DNA of 64,000 nt from an uncultured Rivularia sp. (GCA_963665115.1 OY762007.1:4000001-4064000), one strand, 5' to 3'. Positions 1 through 10,446 are shown, numbered from the stretch's first letter. Program-made: numbers and translations. The notes: generated by a model not told the origin, from the letters alone.

Positions 1-1170
1 AATTCTCGTGGGGGTATTACTAGTTCGATTGTCATCGGTACGCCGGGATTTATGTCAATCGAACAAGCTGCGGGGAGAGCTATTTTTGCTAGTGACTTGT
101 ATAGTTTGGGGTTGGTAGCTATTTATTTGTTGACAGCTAAGTTGCCCCAGGAATTACAAACAGATATCCAAACCGGGGAAATTCTTTGGCAGAAAAACGG
201 TATAAGTCCAAATTTTGCCTTAGTTTTAGATAAAGCAATTCGCTCTCAAGTTAGAGAACGTTTTGCTTCTGCTAAAGAAATGCTTAATGCGTTACAACCG
301 CAGCCAACAGTAGAAACGGTACCGTTAAAATCAACACCAGTTGCAACCAGTCAAACAGGATGGCTTAAGTCGGCGTTAATGGGTGCTTTAATCGGTGGGT
401 GCGTGCTGTTAGCTTTTGTGTTTGTTCAAGAAAGACAGCGATCGCCACAAACTAATCCCCCCATTCAACCAAAGCCGACGGTAGCAGCAAGCAAACCCGC
501 AACAATCCCTGCCAAACAACAGCCTCAAAAGTTTTATTTTCTGGCAGATTCGGCTTTTCAAGAAATTAATAATGCTAACAATCAAATAACAGAATTAAAA
601 AATGCTGGTTATAGCCAAGCTGGAAAATTTTGGTTGCGAGATTATCCCAATTTGTCTAATAATCCATACCATCAAGTTTATGTTGCAAAATTTAGCAGTC
701 GTAGTAACTGTATTGAGTCGCTAAAAAATTACGTTCAACGCAATAAAAATGCTTATTGTGCCTTAGCGAGCGAGAATGCAAATGCATCGCCAAATTATTT
801 TTACGGTTCTCAGGTAGAAATCCCAAAGACAGATGACAAACCATCTGCAAGTCAAGCAGTTGTAAATTACTATGCAACTATTAATAATCGGAACTATACA
901 ACCAGTTGGAATCTACTTTCTCCAAAATTTCAAAGAAACAAATCTAATAATAAGTACTCCGAATATACTAATTGGTGGAATAAAGTTCAAAGAGTTGAAG
1001 TTGAACAAGCAAAGACTTTATCAACAACTTCCAATACTGCAACTGTAGAAGTACAAATGAAATATTATTTGAAATCGGGAAGAGTCATTCCCGACGCTCA
1101 ACGCTTCCAACTTCTATGGAATACAACGCAGCAAAACTGGAACATTGATGACTCTACCAAACTAAATTAA
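1..1170 (+). CDS. Ser/Thr protein kinase (5'-truncated by window) with TM helix, SPOR-like and NTF2-like C-terminal domains
   Basis: Frame is open from base 1 (NSRGGITSSIVIGTPGFMSIEQAAG...SDLYSLG), matching kinase subdomains VIII-XI. TM segment ALMGALIGGCVLLAFVFV, then extracytoplasmic domains. Confidence 0.85.
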   Translation, partial: NSRGGITSSIVIGTPGFMSIEQAAGRAIFASDLYSLGLVAIYLLTAKLPQELQTDIQTGEILWQKNGISPNFALVLDKAIRSQVRERFASAKEMLNALQPQPTVETVPLKSTPVATSQTGWLKSALMGALIGGCVLLAFVFVQERQRSPQTNPPIQPKPTVAASKPATIPAKQQPQKFYFLADSAFQEINNANNQITELKNAGYSQAGKFWLRDYPNLSNNPYHQVYVAKFSSRSNCIESLKNYVQRNKNAYCALASENANASPNYFYGSQVEIPKTDDKPSASQAVVNYYATINNRNYTTSWNLLSPKFQRNKSNNKYSEYTNWWNKVQRVEVEQAKTLSTTSNTATVEVQMKYYLKSGRVIPDAQRFQLLWNTTQQNWNIDDSTKLN

Positions 1171-1268
1171 AGTTTTGATGAAAATATCGGCAATCGTATT
1201 TAAGTAAATACATAGAGGATGCCTGTTTTTTTTGTGGCTATAGTTTAATAAACATTGGGTGTGAACCT

Positions 1269-2792
1269 ATGATGACACCAACACTATTAAATCATCGCTA
1301 TAAAGTAATTCAAGTTCTAGCTTCCGGGGGATTCGGCGAAACCTTTTTGGCTGAAGATACCCAAATGCCTTCTAAGCGTAAATGTGTAATAAAACAACTC
1401 AAACCAGTAGAACACAATCCGCAAATATATCAATTAGTACAAGAAAGATTTCAGCGGGAAGCCGCACTTTTAGAACAACTAAGTGACGGTAAAAATCAAA
1501 TTCCTCAACTGTATGCTTATTTCACCGACGACGAGCAATTTTACTTAATTCAAGAATATATAGAAGGAGAAACCTTAACAAAAAAGCTGCGACAAGAAGG
1601 AGCTATTAGCGAAACCTCAGTCAAAGAAATTTTAATTAATATCTTACCCGTCTTGGAATACATTCACAGTAAACGTATTGTCCACCGAGATATTAAACCC
1701 GATAACATCTTAATTCGTTATAGCGATCGCAAACCTGTTTTAATTGACTTTGGTGCGGTTAAGGAAACCATGCAAACGGTAGTGGCTCCCGAATCCACAA
1801 GATCGATCGTAATTGGCACACCGGGATTTATGCCCAGCGAGCAAACAGCCGGGAGGCCAGTATATTCCAGCGATTTGTATAGTTTGGGACTAACTGCGAT
1901 ATACTTACTGACGGGGAAAATGCCCCAAGAATTACCTAATAATCCATCTACAGGTGAAATTATCTGGCGAGAATATGCTCCAAATATTAGCCCTAACTTT
2001 GCCGCAGTTTTAGATAAAGCGATTAAGTCTTATCCAGGCGATCGCTTTTCTACTGCCAAAGAAATGTTACAAGTGTTGCAGACTCAAGCAGTTCCTTTTC
2101 CACCGACAATACCTTACATTCCTGCACCATCGGAGACTCAAGACACGAAGCCTCCAACTGTAATTTCGGCACCAGTACCAACACCAGAAGTACAAACTCA
2201 GCCACCAACGGTTGTAGCTAATCCAGGAATGAAAGACTGGCAAAAAGCTACGATTATAGGCAGTGTAATTGGGTTATGTGCCATCGGTGGTATTTCAATA
2301 ATTAACAAACCATCAGCGAATGTTCGGGCTGATGCTTCTGCAAATACTACAAATCCAAATACATTTTCACCATCTGCATCATCGATAACAAGAGAAGCAG
2401 CTATTTCTGTACTAAATAAATGGCAAGATGCAAAGCGAGAATTATTTGCACCTCCTTTCGATCGCACTCTTGGAGCAGAATTAACTACAGGGGAAGCCTA
2501 TAGAAAAAATATAGGTACTGGTAGTTCATTGGATTGGTTAGAAAACAATGATTCTTATTATCGATATGGCGTGCAAAAAATTGACTCTGTAGAAAAATTT
2601 ATTGCTAGCAATAGTAGAGCAACAATCGATATTGTAATTACCGAAGATAGAAGATTTTATCAAAATGGAAAAATAGTTACCGGCGAAAATACTTCATTTG
2701 ACACTAGATTAGTCAGATATTCTTTGCAGTTAGAAGATGGAAATTTAAAAATTTCTGATTACAAAACTATCAATGTGATTAGCATTCATTAA
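1269..2792 (+). CDS. Ser/Thr protein kinase with TM helix and ARC6/IMS (DUF4101)-like C-terminal domain
   Basis: GGFGETF, VIKQL, HRDIKPDN, DFG and GTPGF motifs; Pro-rich linker; TM helix; C-terminal KWQDAKRELFAPPFD...VRYSLQLEDGNLKISDY. Confidence 0.9.
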   Translation: MMTPTLLNHRYKVIQVLASGGFGETFLAEDTQMPSKRKCVIKQLKPVEHNPQIYQLVQERFQREAALLEQLSDGKNQIPQLYAYFTDDEQFYLIQEYIEGETLTKKLRQEGAISETSVKEILINILPVLEYIHSKRIVHRDIKPDNILIRYSDRKPVLIDFGAVKETMQTVVAPESTRSIVIGTPGFMPSEQTAGRPVYSSDLYSLGLTAIYLLTGKMPQELPNNPSTGEIIWREYAPNISPNFAAVLDKAIKSYPGDRFSTAKEMLQVLQTQAVPFPPTIPYIPAPSETQDTKPPTVISAPVPTPEVQTQPPTVVANPGMKDWQKATIIGSVIGLCAIGGISIINKPSANVRADASANTTNPNTFSPSASSITREAAISVLNKWQDAKRELFAPPFDRTLGAELTTGEAYRKNIGTGSSLDWLENNDSYYRYGVQKIDSVEKFIASNSRATIDIVITEDRRFYQNGKIVTGENTSFDTRLVRYSLQLEDGNLKISDYKTINVISIH

Positions 2793-2847
2793 TTTTTTTT
2801 TAAGTTTATCGCAGATTATAGTCAAAATTTAGTATAAATATATCAAC

Positions 2848-4002
2848 ATGAGATTAAGCGATAAAAAACGTTCAGTTAAATTACTTCGCTTGCAGTTTTT
2901 TAGTATAGTAACTGGAGTTGCACTAACTATCAGTTCAATTGGTTTACTTTTAATTAAACAGCAAAATGCCAATAATACCGAAACAGTTGCCAAAGTAAAT
3001 CAATCCAATCAGGCAGTATCATCACCTACAGCATCAGCTTCACCTGTTAAAGTATCAGAGAATATAGATACTTCAAAATTAGCATATAATATAACAACTT
3101 CTCCTCGATTTACTCAAAGTGAACAACTACAGAATATTGTCGATGAAGTTGTTGATTTGGCTAAAGAGCAAAAATTTGCAACTCAGCCACTATCAATAAC
3201 ATTAATTGATATAAAAACCGGAGAAACGGCAGGATATCAGCAAGAAAAACTTAGATATCCGGCAAGCGTAGTTAAATTATTTTGGATGGTTTACCTTTAC
3301 GATCAAATAGAAAAAGGTATTTTATCGGAAGCAGATTTTACTAAAAATTTAGATTTAATGATTAAAAAGTCTGATAATGAGGCTGCTAGTAAAATTGTTG
3401 ATAAAATTACTAAAACGCAATACCAAGAAAATATTCAAGAAGAAGAATATAAAAATTGGAAATATAAAAGATTGCAAATTAATCAATATTTTCAACAAGC
3501 TGGCTACGATGATATAAACGTAAGTCAAAAAACATTTCCAATTCCATCATTAGGGCTTTCTAAACCAGAAGGTTCAGAACTAAAGTTGCGAGAAAATCTT
3601 CAAAAGCCTATTCGCAATAAAATCTCAACTCAGCAGGTTGCCAGATTGTTATATGAAATTTACAAGAATCAATCCGTATCGGTAATTTCGAGTCCAAAGA
3701 TGGCACAATTATTAACAATAGATTCCAAAACTAGAAATATAAAAAAAGACGATAAAAATTCGATTTCATTCAATCCCGTAAGAGGATTTTTAAGCGCATC
3801 TTTACCAGATGATGTTTATTTCAGCGGAAAAGCAGGATGGACTTCTAATTCTCGTAACGATGCTGGAATCATCGCTACACCTGATGGAAAAGCGGCTTAT
3901 ATCTTAGTAGTATTTGCTGATGATAAAGCTTATGCATCTGATTGGGATTTATTTCCTCAAATTTCGCAATTAGTATTGCAGCAGATGACAAATAAAAAAT
4001 AA
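2848..4002 (+). CDS. Membrane-anchored class A beta-lactamase-like serine hydrolase (PBP-like)
   Basis: SxxK (ASVVK), SDN and KAG motifs; N-terminal TM anchor. Confidence 0.85.
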   Translation: MRLSDKKRSVKLLRLQFFSIVTGVALTISSIGLLLIKQQNANNTETVAKVNQSNQAVSSPTASASPVKVSENIDTSKLAYNITTSPRFTQSEQLQNIVDEVVDLAKEQKFATQPLSITLIDIKTGETAGYQQEKLRYPASVVKLFWMVYLYDQIEKGILSEADFTKNLDLMIKKSDNEAASKIVDKITKTQYQENIQEEEYKNWKYKRLQINQYFQQAGYDDINVSQKTFPIPSLGLSKPEGSELKLRENLQKPIRNKISTQQVARLLYEIYKNQSVSVISSPKMAQLLTIDSKTRNIKKDDKNSISFNPVRGFLSASLPDDVYFSGKAGWTSNSRNDAGIIATPDGKAAYILVVFADDKAYASDWDLFPQISQLVLQQMTNKK

Positions 4003-4066
4003 AATTGATTTTGAATGTGGTTATAGGGAATAGAGGAAAAAGGAAATAGCGATAAATATTTAATTT

Positions 4067-4100
4067 GTAGGGTGCGTTATCGCTTCAGCGTAACGCACCA
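4067..4100. repeat. GTAG-type REP-like hairpin
   Basis: GTAG followed by GGTGCGTTA...TAACGCACC inverted repeat. Confidence 0.6.
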
Positions 4101-4141
4101 TTTTTAATATTTATGGTTCTTCAGTATGCCAAAAACTTAGC

Positions 4142-4363
4142 GTAAAAAGGCTTAAAAAATCATTATTACATTTTGATATTGCAAGCGATCGAGTTATTGC
4201 TGTGGGTGATGCAGAAAACGATTTAGATTGTTTAGATTTTTGTGGGTTTAAAGTTGCTGTCGGAAATGCTGAAGATGCTGTGAAAGCAAAAGCTGATTGG
4301 ATAGCGAATAAGGAAGAAGGTGAAGGTATGGTGGAATTTATTCGGAAATATTTACTTGCTTGA
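4142..4363 (+). pseudogene. C-terminal remnant of Cof-type HAD-IIB hydrolase
   Basis: Manual translation: ...DRVIAVGDAENDLDCLDFCGFKVAVGNAEDAVKAKADWIANKEEGEGMVEFIRKYLLA*. GDxxND motif present; no N-terminal DxD motif or plausible start. Confidence 0.75.
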
Positions 4364-4544
4364 AATATTGTATTATGGAATATTCGAGCAAGATTGTGAT
4401 TAATTCCTTCCTGCTCCTACGATTACCGAGAAAAAAAAGAAAGAAAGAGATATAGCTAATTTTAAAGCAGGATAAGAGTTATAGAGAGCAAGATCCTCCA
4501 ACTACCTTTAATTGATCACTGATAATTGATAATTGATAACTGAT

Positions 4545-5597
4545 ATGACTAGCTTATTCCGTGCTGAAGTTGATGCGATGACTGGCTATATCCCTGGAGA
4601 GCAGCCAAAATCTGATAGTAAAATTATTAAACTTAATAGCAACGAAAATCCTTATCCTCCTTCCTCTGCGGTGAAAGATGTATTGCAAAACTTTGATTGG
4701 GAATGGTTGCGACGATATCCTGATGCTTCTGCTAGCGATTTTCGTAATGCTGTTAGTGAGGTTTTGAATATTCCAGGTGACTGGATAATTGTCGGTAACG
4801 GTAGCGATGAAGTTTTGAATTTAGTAATTCGGGCTTGCACCGATGCTAGTAGAAAAGTTGTTTATCCCATGCCTACTTACGTACTTTACCGCACCTTGGT
4901 AGAAATGCAGGCAGCCGAAACGGTAGAAATTGATTATCCCGAAGATTATAAGTTACCGATAGAAGAATTAGTAAAAGTTGATGGTGCGGTAACATTTATC
5001 GCAACTCCTAACAGCCCATCTGGACATATTGTACCAGTTGAAGATTTACGAGAATTAGCAACAAGATTATCTGGTGTAATAGTTATTGATGAAGCTTATT
5101 GTGATTTTGCGACTGGGGATGCTTTATCTGTAGTGAAAGAGTTTGAAAATGTAATTTCTATCCGTACTTTATCGAAGGGATATTCGCTAGCGGGGATTAG
5201 ATTGGGTTTTGGGATTGCCAATCCAAAGTTATTGCAGGGTTTATATAAAATCAAAGATAGCTACAATATTGATGCTATTGCTTGCGCTATCGGTGCTGCT
5301 GCGATGCGCGACCAAAATTATAAAAATAGCTGTGCAGAAAAAGTTAAAATATCGCGGGGAAGGCTGTCGGAAGATTTAGAAAAATTAGGGTTTAAAGTTT
5401 GGGATTCTCAGACGAATTTTGTATTAACTCAACCACCGCAAGGTAATGCTGAGTATCTGTATTTAAAGTTGAAAGAGCAAGGTATTTTGATTAGGTATTT
5501 TAAGCAGGAAGGCTTGGAAGATAAGTTACGGATTGCTGTGGGTACGGATGAGGAAAATCAGGTTTTGGTTGAGGCTTTGGGTGGGTTGGTGAAGTAG
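4545..5597 (+). CDS. hisC: Histidinol-phosphate aminotransferase
   Basis: KLNSNENPY, GNGSDE, DEAY, RTLSKGYSLAGIRLG (PLP lysine). Confidence 0.93.
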   Translation: MTSLFRAEVDAMTGYIPGEQPKSDSKIIKLNSNENPYPPSSAVKDVLQNFDWEWLRRYPDASASDFRNAVSEVLNIPGDWIIVGNGSDEVLNLVIRACTDASRKVVYPMPTYVLYRTLVEMQAAETVEIDYPEDYKLPIEELVKVDGAVTFIATPNSPSGHIVPVEDLRELATRLSGVIVIDEAYCDFATGDALSVVKEFENVISIRTLSKGYSLAGIRLGFGIANPKLLQGLYKIKDSYNIDAIACAIGAAAMRDQNYKNSCAEKVKISRGRLSEDLEKLGFKVWDSQTNFVLTQPPQGNAEYLYLKLKEQGILIRYFKQEGLEDKLRIAVGTDEENQVLVEALGGLVK

Positions 5598-5663
5598 AAT
5601 TTAAGATTTTAACGTAAAGTCGCGCAGAGGTTTACACAGAGTTTTGATTAAAGTTGATTGATT

Positions 5664-6524
5664 ATGAGCAAAAACAGAAATCAACGTGCAGAAATTGGCA
5701 ATGAAACTGTTGGTATTTTAGAGAAAGGTTTTTACCAAAATCAGCAAGAAGAAACTATTTATATTCAAGAATATCTACAAGCTGCAATAAAAAAATCAAT
5801 TCATTATTCTGAAAACGATTTTTCACAAGTACTTTCTCAATTAAATAAAAAGCAACTCAGAGAAAATCCAAATCCGATACAGTTTGAAATAAACAATGAA
5901 ACTACTCTGAATGCTGCAAGTAGATTGGTAAATCACCAAGGTTTTGACAAAGTATTATGTTTAAACTTTGCTTCAGCTAAAAATCCCGGTGGTGGATTTC
6001 TCAATGGTAGTCAAGCACAGGAAGAAAGTTTAGCTAGAGCAACCGGGCTTTATCCCTGTATTTCTCAAATGATGGAAATGTATGAGAAAAATCGAAATTA
6101 TAGTTCGTGTCTCTACCTGGATGATATGATTTATTCGCCGCAAGTGCCGGTTATTAGAGATGATAACGATCAATTATTAGATAAACCTTTTTTAATTTCG
6201 ATTTTGACGGTACCCGCTGTTAATGCTGGTGCGGTAAGGAAGAATGGTAAAAAACAAGAAATAAATAAAATTGAAAGTACGATGTTGCTACGTACAGAAA
6301 AATTATTATCAGTTGCAGCAGTTAATGATTATAAAGTTTTGGTTTTAGGTGCTTGGGGATGTGGTGTATTCAAAAACAATCCCGATGATGTCGCAGGATA
6401 TTTTCATTATCATCTTGTAGAAAATCAGAAATTTTACGGTTTGTTTGAAAAGGTTGTGTTTGCTGTTTTGGATAATACGAAGGATGAAAGCGTTATTGAT
6501 GCCTTTAGGAAAAGGTTTGAATAA
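5664..6524 (+). CDS. TIGR02452 family / bacterial PARG-like macrodomain protein
   Basis: LNFASAKNPGGGFLNGSQAQEESL (GGG-x-QEE signature) and LGAWGCGVFKN. Confidence 0.88.
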   Translation: MSKNRNQRAEIGNETVGILEKGFYQNQQEETIYIQEYLQAAIKKSIHYSENDFSQVLSQLNKKQLRENPNPIQFEINNETTLNAASRLVNHQGFDKVLCLNFASAKNPGGGFLNGSQAQEESLARATGLYPCISQMMEMYEKNRNYSSCLYLDDMIYSPQVPVIRDDNDQLLDKPFLISILTVPAVNAGAVRKNGKKQEINKIESTMLLRTEKLLSVAAVNDYKVLVLGAWGCGVFKNNPDDVAGYFHYHLVENQKFYGLFEKVVFAVLDNTKDESVIDAFRKRFE

Positions 6525-6530
6525 GTCGCA

Positions 6531-6645
6531 ATACCCTATAAGGGTATAGCTACATTTACAAAGCCTGCCTCCGCAGGCTTGAAAATTCCCAGCCCACGCA
6601 GGTGGGCTTTGTAAATGTAGCCCCAGGCTTCTAGCCTGCGGGCGT
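6531..6645. repeat. Compound palindromic repeat between convergent genes
   Basis: 17-bp perfect arms GCTACATTTACAAAGCC / GGCTTTGTAAATGTAGC with internal and flanking hairpins. Confidence 0.7.
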
Positions 6646-6661
6646 TTAATCCCCAATCCCC

Positions 6662-8479
6662 TCATTCCAATTTAATCAACTGATATTTTTGCACTTCACC
6701 AACAACGCGATATGGTTGCGATATTTCTGAAGCTTGTTTTTGAGGAATCCAAGCGTAACCAGAAGCAGGAATCTCAACTTCATTTATATTTATTCGTTTC
6801 CCATGTTTTGGAGTATAAAAATTGATCAAAACTCCAGTTTTTCCGCCAACGTTAACGAAATTTATCGGATGATTTTTTAAAGTTTGATTTATTTCTGGCT
6901 GTTGTAAAAATGCTTGGAAATCAGGATTGTAATTGCTCAATAAACCCAAACTACCAGTTACCGCTAAACTCAACCAAGTAGAAATTAACCAAGCACCTAT
7001 CCAATAGCGTGCAGTAATTATATTTTTACCAAAGCGACAGCGAGCAATCCAAATCAAAGGTAGAGTTAACCAGCCCAAACCCAATACTAAACCAATTATT
7101 GCGTAATTGCGAATTTCTCCATCGCTATCGCTAATAAGGAAAACAACCGTACCTATTAACAAAAGTAGAATTCCCAGGGTACCAAAAGTATAGTTTAAAG
7201 TTTGTAAAATACGAGTTGAGGAGATATATGAAGGATGAAGATAAAATTTAGAGAATAAAGGTATATTTTTGATTTTAAATTCTTTATTTTGTTGATTCCA
7301 AATTTCTCCCAACCAACTTAAAGCTACCGCAGCAAGTAAAGCAATAAAAGGATATAAGCAAAGACTATAGTGAGATGTTCTAGTTGAAAAAATACTGATT
7401 TCGATCAAGAAAATTAGCGGAAATCCTATTATCAATGAAAAGTGGTTCAAAGATTTTAAATATTTTAATTCTTCTTTTTCTATAGTGCGATTGCTGAGCG
7501 TGCTTGTTAATGAAGCGTTTTCAAAAGAGATAGCGTATGACTCTCGAATGCTGTTTGAACTGCTATATCTCTCGCTTTGATAATTATATTTAGATAGCAA
7601 CTCGCGAATTAATAACCCCGTACCGAATAAGCTAAACAACGACCAAGGAAAAGCTATAATAGGGACATTCCAAAAATAATAAATCCAGTTATTATTATGA
7701 CGTTCGCTAGAATTAAGCTTGGTTACAAAATTAATTAACTTTGCAAAACTATCGCCACCAAAGCGTAAGTAACTAAGTCTCAACCAAATTAGAGTAGGTG
7801 CTAACCCTAATAAAAATCCCACGTATAACATTGGGTTTACTAAATGATTGTGGCGGCGATGCTGCAATATTAAATAAGGCAATAAAGCTACTATTGGTAG
7901 AAAAATCATGAAGCTTCTAAATAAGAAGCCAAGTGAAAAAATAAACCCAGTAATTAAACCCCAAATATAGCGATGCTTGGGATTTAATTCAGCTTTTAAT
8001 AAAGACAGTATTCCTAGAAGTACTAGAAAAACCATCGATACATCTGGAGTCCCCAAACGAGAATATTGCAGCCAAAGAAACTCTACACTCAAAATTGCAG
8101 CAGCTAACCAACCAACTTTTTTATTTAATAATATTTTGCCAATTTCATATACAAGCAACACGCTCAAAATACCGACAATCATACTTGGTAAACGAACGCT
8201 AATTTCACTGATTCCAAATAAACTGTAAAAAGCGGCGATCGACCAATAAAAACCCGGCGTTTTATGATGCGGAGTTCCCCAAGGATTGATCCAGTCACCC
8301 GAATCATACATAAAGCGCGATCGCCAAGCGTAAAGTCCCTCGTCGTGTGCCATTAGGCTGTTATCACCTATACCTAATAGCAATAGCGGAAGCATCCAGA
8401 TTAATAAACTTAAATAAGGAAAACCAGTCCAGCTTACAAATTTTCGTTTAACAAGATAAAAGTCGATTTTGGATGACAT
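6662..8479 (-). CDS. ArnT/PMT-family (GT39-like) membrane glycosyltransferase
   Basis: HDEGLY motif, HHKTPGFYW, SVRLPS, many TM helices. Confidence 0.85.
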   Translation of the reverse strand: MSSKIDFYLVKRKFVSWTGFPYLSLLIWMLPLLLLGIGDNSLMAHDEGLYAWRSRFMYDSGDWINPWGTPHHKTPGFYWSIAAFYSLFGISEISVRLPSMIVGILSVLLVYEIGKILLNKKVGWLAAAILSVEFLWLQYSRLGTPDVSMVFLVLLGILSLLKAELNPKHRYIWGLITGFIFSLGFLFRSFMIFLPIVALLPYLILQHRRHNHLVNPMLYVGFLLGLAPTLIWLRLSYLRFGGDSFAKLINFVTKLNSSERHNNNWIYYFWNVPIIAFPWSLFSLFGTGLLIRELLSKYNYQSERYSSSNSIRESYAISFENASLTSTLSNRTIEKEELKYLKSLNHFSLIIGFPLIFLIEISIFSTRTSHYSLCLYPFIALLAAVALSWLGEIWNQQNKEFKIKNIPLFSKFYLHPSYISSTRILQTLNYTFGTLGILLLLIGTVVFLISDSDGEIRNYAIIGLVLGLGWLTLPLIWIARCRFGKNIITARYWIGAWLISTWLSLAVTGSLGLLSNYNPDFQAFLQQPEINQTLKNHPINFVNVGGKTGVLINFYTPKHGKRININEVEIPASGYAWIPQKQASEISQPYRVVGEVQKYQLIKLE

Positions 8480-8652
8480 TTGATCGATAAAAATTACATT
8501 TGACAGACTTAACTAATTAATTGTTAAATCTAGGTTTCAAAATTGTAAATTGGTATACAAAATGTAGCATATTTGTACAGCGAGCAGCGAACAGTTATCA
8601 GTGAACAGTTTTCACCTGGAACAAGGTTTCATCAGTCAATAATGGTGGATTC

Positions 8653-8808
8653 GTAGTACTTCACCACAGAGATTGTAATGGGTACAAGTAGTGCGAGCAA
8701 GATGCTCGCTAGCTACTGGGAACAAGATACTTGCTAGCTGCCACCAGGGAGCGAGACGCTCCCACTACAAATGTGTTGCACCGCAAAATTTATATGGTGG
8801 AATCCTAC
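8653..8808. mobile_element. MITE-like element with imperfect terminal inverted repeats and internal palindromic cargo
   Basis: Left end GTAGTACTTCACCA; right end reverse-complements to GTAGGATTCCACCA; related to 49596-49727. Confidence 0.55.
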
Positions 8809-8923
8809 GTAGCCAGACACTCCCACAAATCTCTATCACCTTTCAATCTCAATTCGATCGACTATTTATTACATACTGATAACTGTTAACTGTTCACTGC
8901 TCGCTGATTTTAAGGGGAATTTT

Positions 8924-9568
8924 ATGGTGCTTCGACCAAATCAACGCACAAAATTAGATGATACGGATGATAAGTTGTTTTACGGGCTTCCGCGTTTTGT
9001 TACTCATGTGGATGATGGGTTTATTCAACAACTTACGGATTTGTATCATCAACGTCTCAAACCAAATACTCGCATCTTTGACATGATGAGTAGCTGGGTT
9101 TCTCATTTACCGAAAGAAATGCAGTTTAGTCATGTTGAAGGACATGGACTTAATCAAGAAGAATTAGCACGCAATCCACGATTTGATAACTACTTTGTCC
9201 AAAATATTAACGAAAATCCTAAATTACCGCTGAAAGACCAAGATTTTGATGCCGTTCTCAATTGTGTTTCGGTACAGTATTTGCAGTATCCCGAAGCGAT
9301 ATTCACCGAAATTCATCGCATCCTCAAACCCGGTGGTATAGCGATTTTCAGTTTTTCTAACAGAATGTTTTCCCAAAAAGCAATCCAAGCATGGCGCGAT
9401 CGCAGTGAAGCCGGTAGAGTCGAATTAGTTAAAAGTTATTTTCAATCGATTCCTGGATTTACTCCTCCAGAGGTAATAAAAAATCAATCAATAGCACCAA
9501 ATTTACTCCAGTGGTTAGGTGCGGGAGGTGGCGACCCATTTTATGCTGTTATAGCTCATCGAAATTAA
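8924..9568 (+). CDS. Class I SAM-dependent methyltransferase (conserved cyanobacterial)
   Basis: PRFVTHVD, DMMSSWVSHLP, FDAVLNCVSVQYL, LKPGG. Confidence 0.85.
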   Translation: MVLRPNQRTKLDDTDDKLFYGLPRFVTHVDDGFIQQLTDLYHQRLKPNTRIFDMMSSWVSHLPKEMQFSHVEGHGLNQEELARNPRFDNYFVQNINENPKLPLKDQDFDAVLNCVSVQYLQYPEAIFTEIHRILKPGGIAIFSFSNRMFSQKAIQAWRDRSEAGRVELVKSYFQSIPGFTPPEVIKNQSIAPNLLQWLGAGGGDPFYAVIAHRN

Positions 9569-9780
9569 CAGTTAATAAAAAAGGTCAAAGGTTAAAAAAC
9601 CCGATCGATTTTGACTGCTTAACCCTCAACGTTAAGAAGTTTAACTGTTGGTAAACATACTCAAACGTTATCAAAAAAGATTTTTGTAGTTCGACAAATG
9701 AAGTATAAAGGATGAGTCATAAAGTATAAATTGTTAATCCTTTATACTTTATTCGGTCAAACTTAAATTAGGAGTCAAAG

Positions 9781-10296
9781 ATGAATTTTGCTCGTACCCG
9801 CAGTATTTTAGCTGCCTTAGTACTTTCGATATTACTATTCACAACAGCTTGCGCTCAAAAAGCACCCGGACGTTTCGATCAAGTACAGACAGAAAGTACT
9901 CAGCAAAAGAAAGGACAAGCGGTTGCTAAAGATGCGACTCAAGGTAGCAAGTTTAATAAATTTTTCCCCGCAGCTTCAGATGGTTATCAGCGAGTCTTTA
10001 CTCAAGAGAAAAAAGGCTTTGCTCAAGCGAAACTGAAAAAAGACGGCAAGGAAGTAGCTAAAATTTCCATCAACGATACTATTAGCAACCCTTCGGCAGC
10101 AGCTAAATTTGCGAATAGCCCTAAAAAAATCTCCGGTTATCCAGCGGTGGAGCTAGGAAAGCAAACAGCGGTTTTAGTGGACGATCGCTATCAAGTAAAA
10201 ATCATTTCCAGCGATCCATCTGTATTTACAGCAGCGGATCGAGAAGCTTGGCTGAAGAAATTTGACCTTAGTGGTTTATCGCGTGTGAAAGCTTAG
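9781..10296 (+). CDS. Conserved hypothetical lipoprotein
   Basis: Signal peptide with lipobox-like TTAC; GGAG RBS upstream. Confidence 0.75.
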   Translation: MNFARTRSILAALVLSILLFTTACAQKAPGRFDQVQTESTQQKKGQAVAKDATQGSKFNKFFPAASDGYQRVFTQEKKGFAQAKLKKDGKEVAKISINDTISNPSAAAKFANSPKKISGYPAVELGKQTAVLVDDRYQVKIISSDPSVFTAADREAWLKKFDLSGLSRVKA

Positions 10297-10446
10297 TAGT
10301 TATTAGTAGTTAGTTGTTAGTGGTTAGTGGTTAGTTGATAACCCTAACTTTTCAATTCTAAGAAACACAGGGAATAGGGAACAAGGAGATGTCTAATAAA
10401 CACGTTTAACCTTTAACCTTTAACCTACTCCTAACTCCTAACTGCC

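Noticed and set aside
6345..6665. 106-aa minus-strand ORF
   Set aside because: Made of a palindromic repeat plus antisense of the PARG-like gene.
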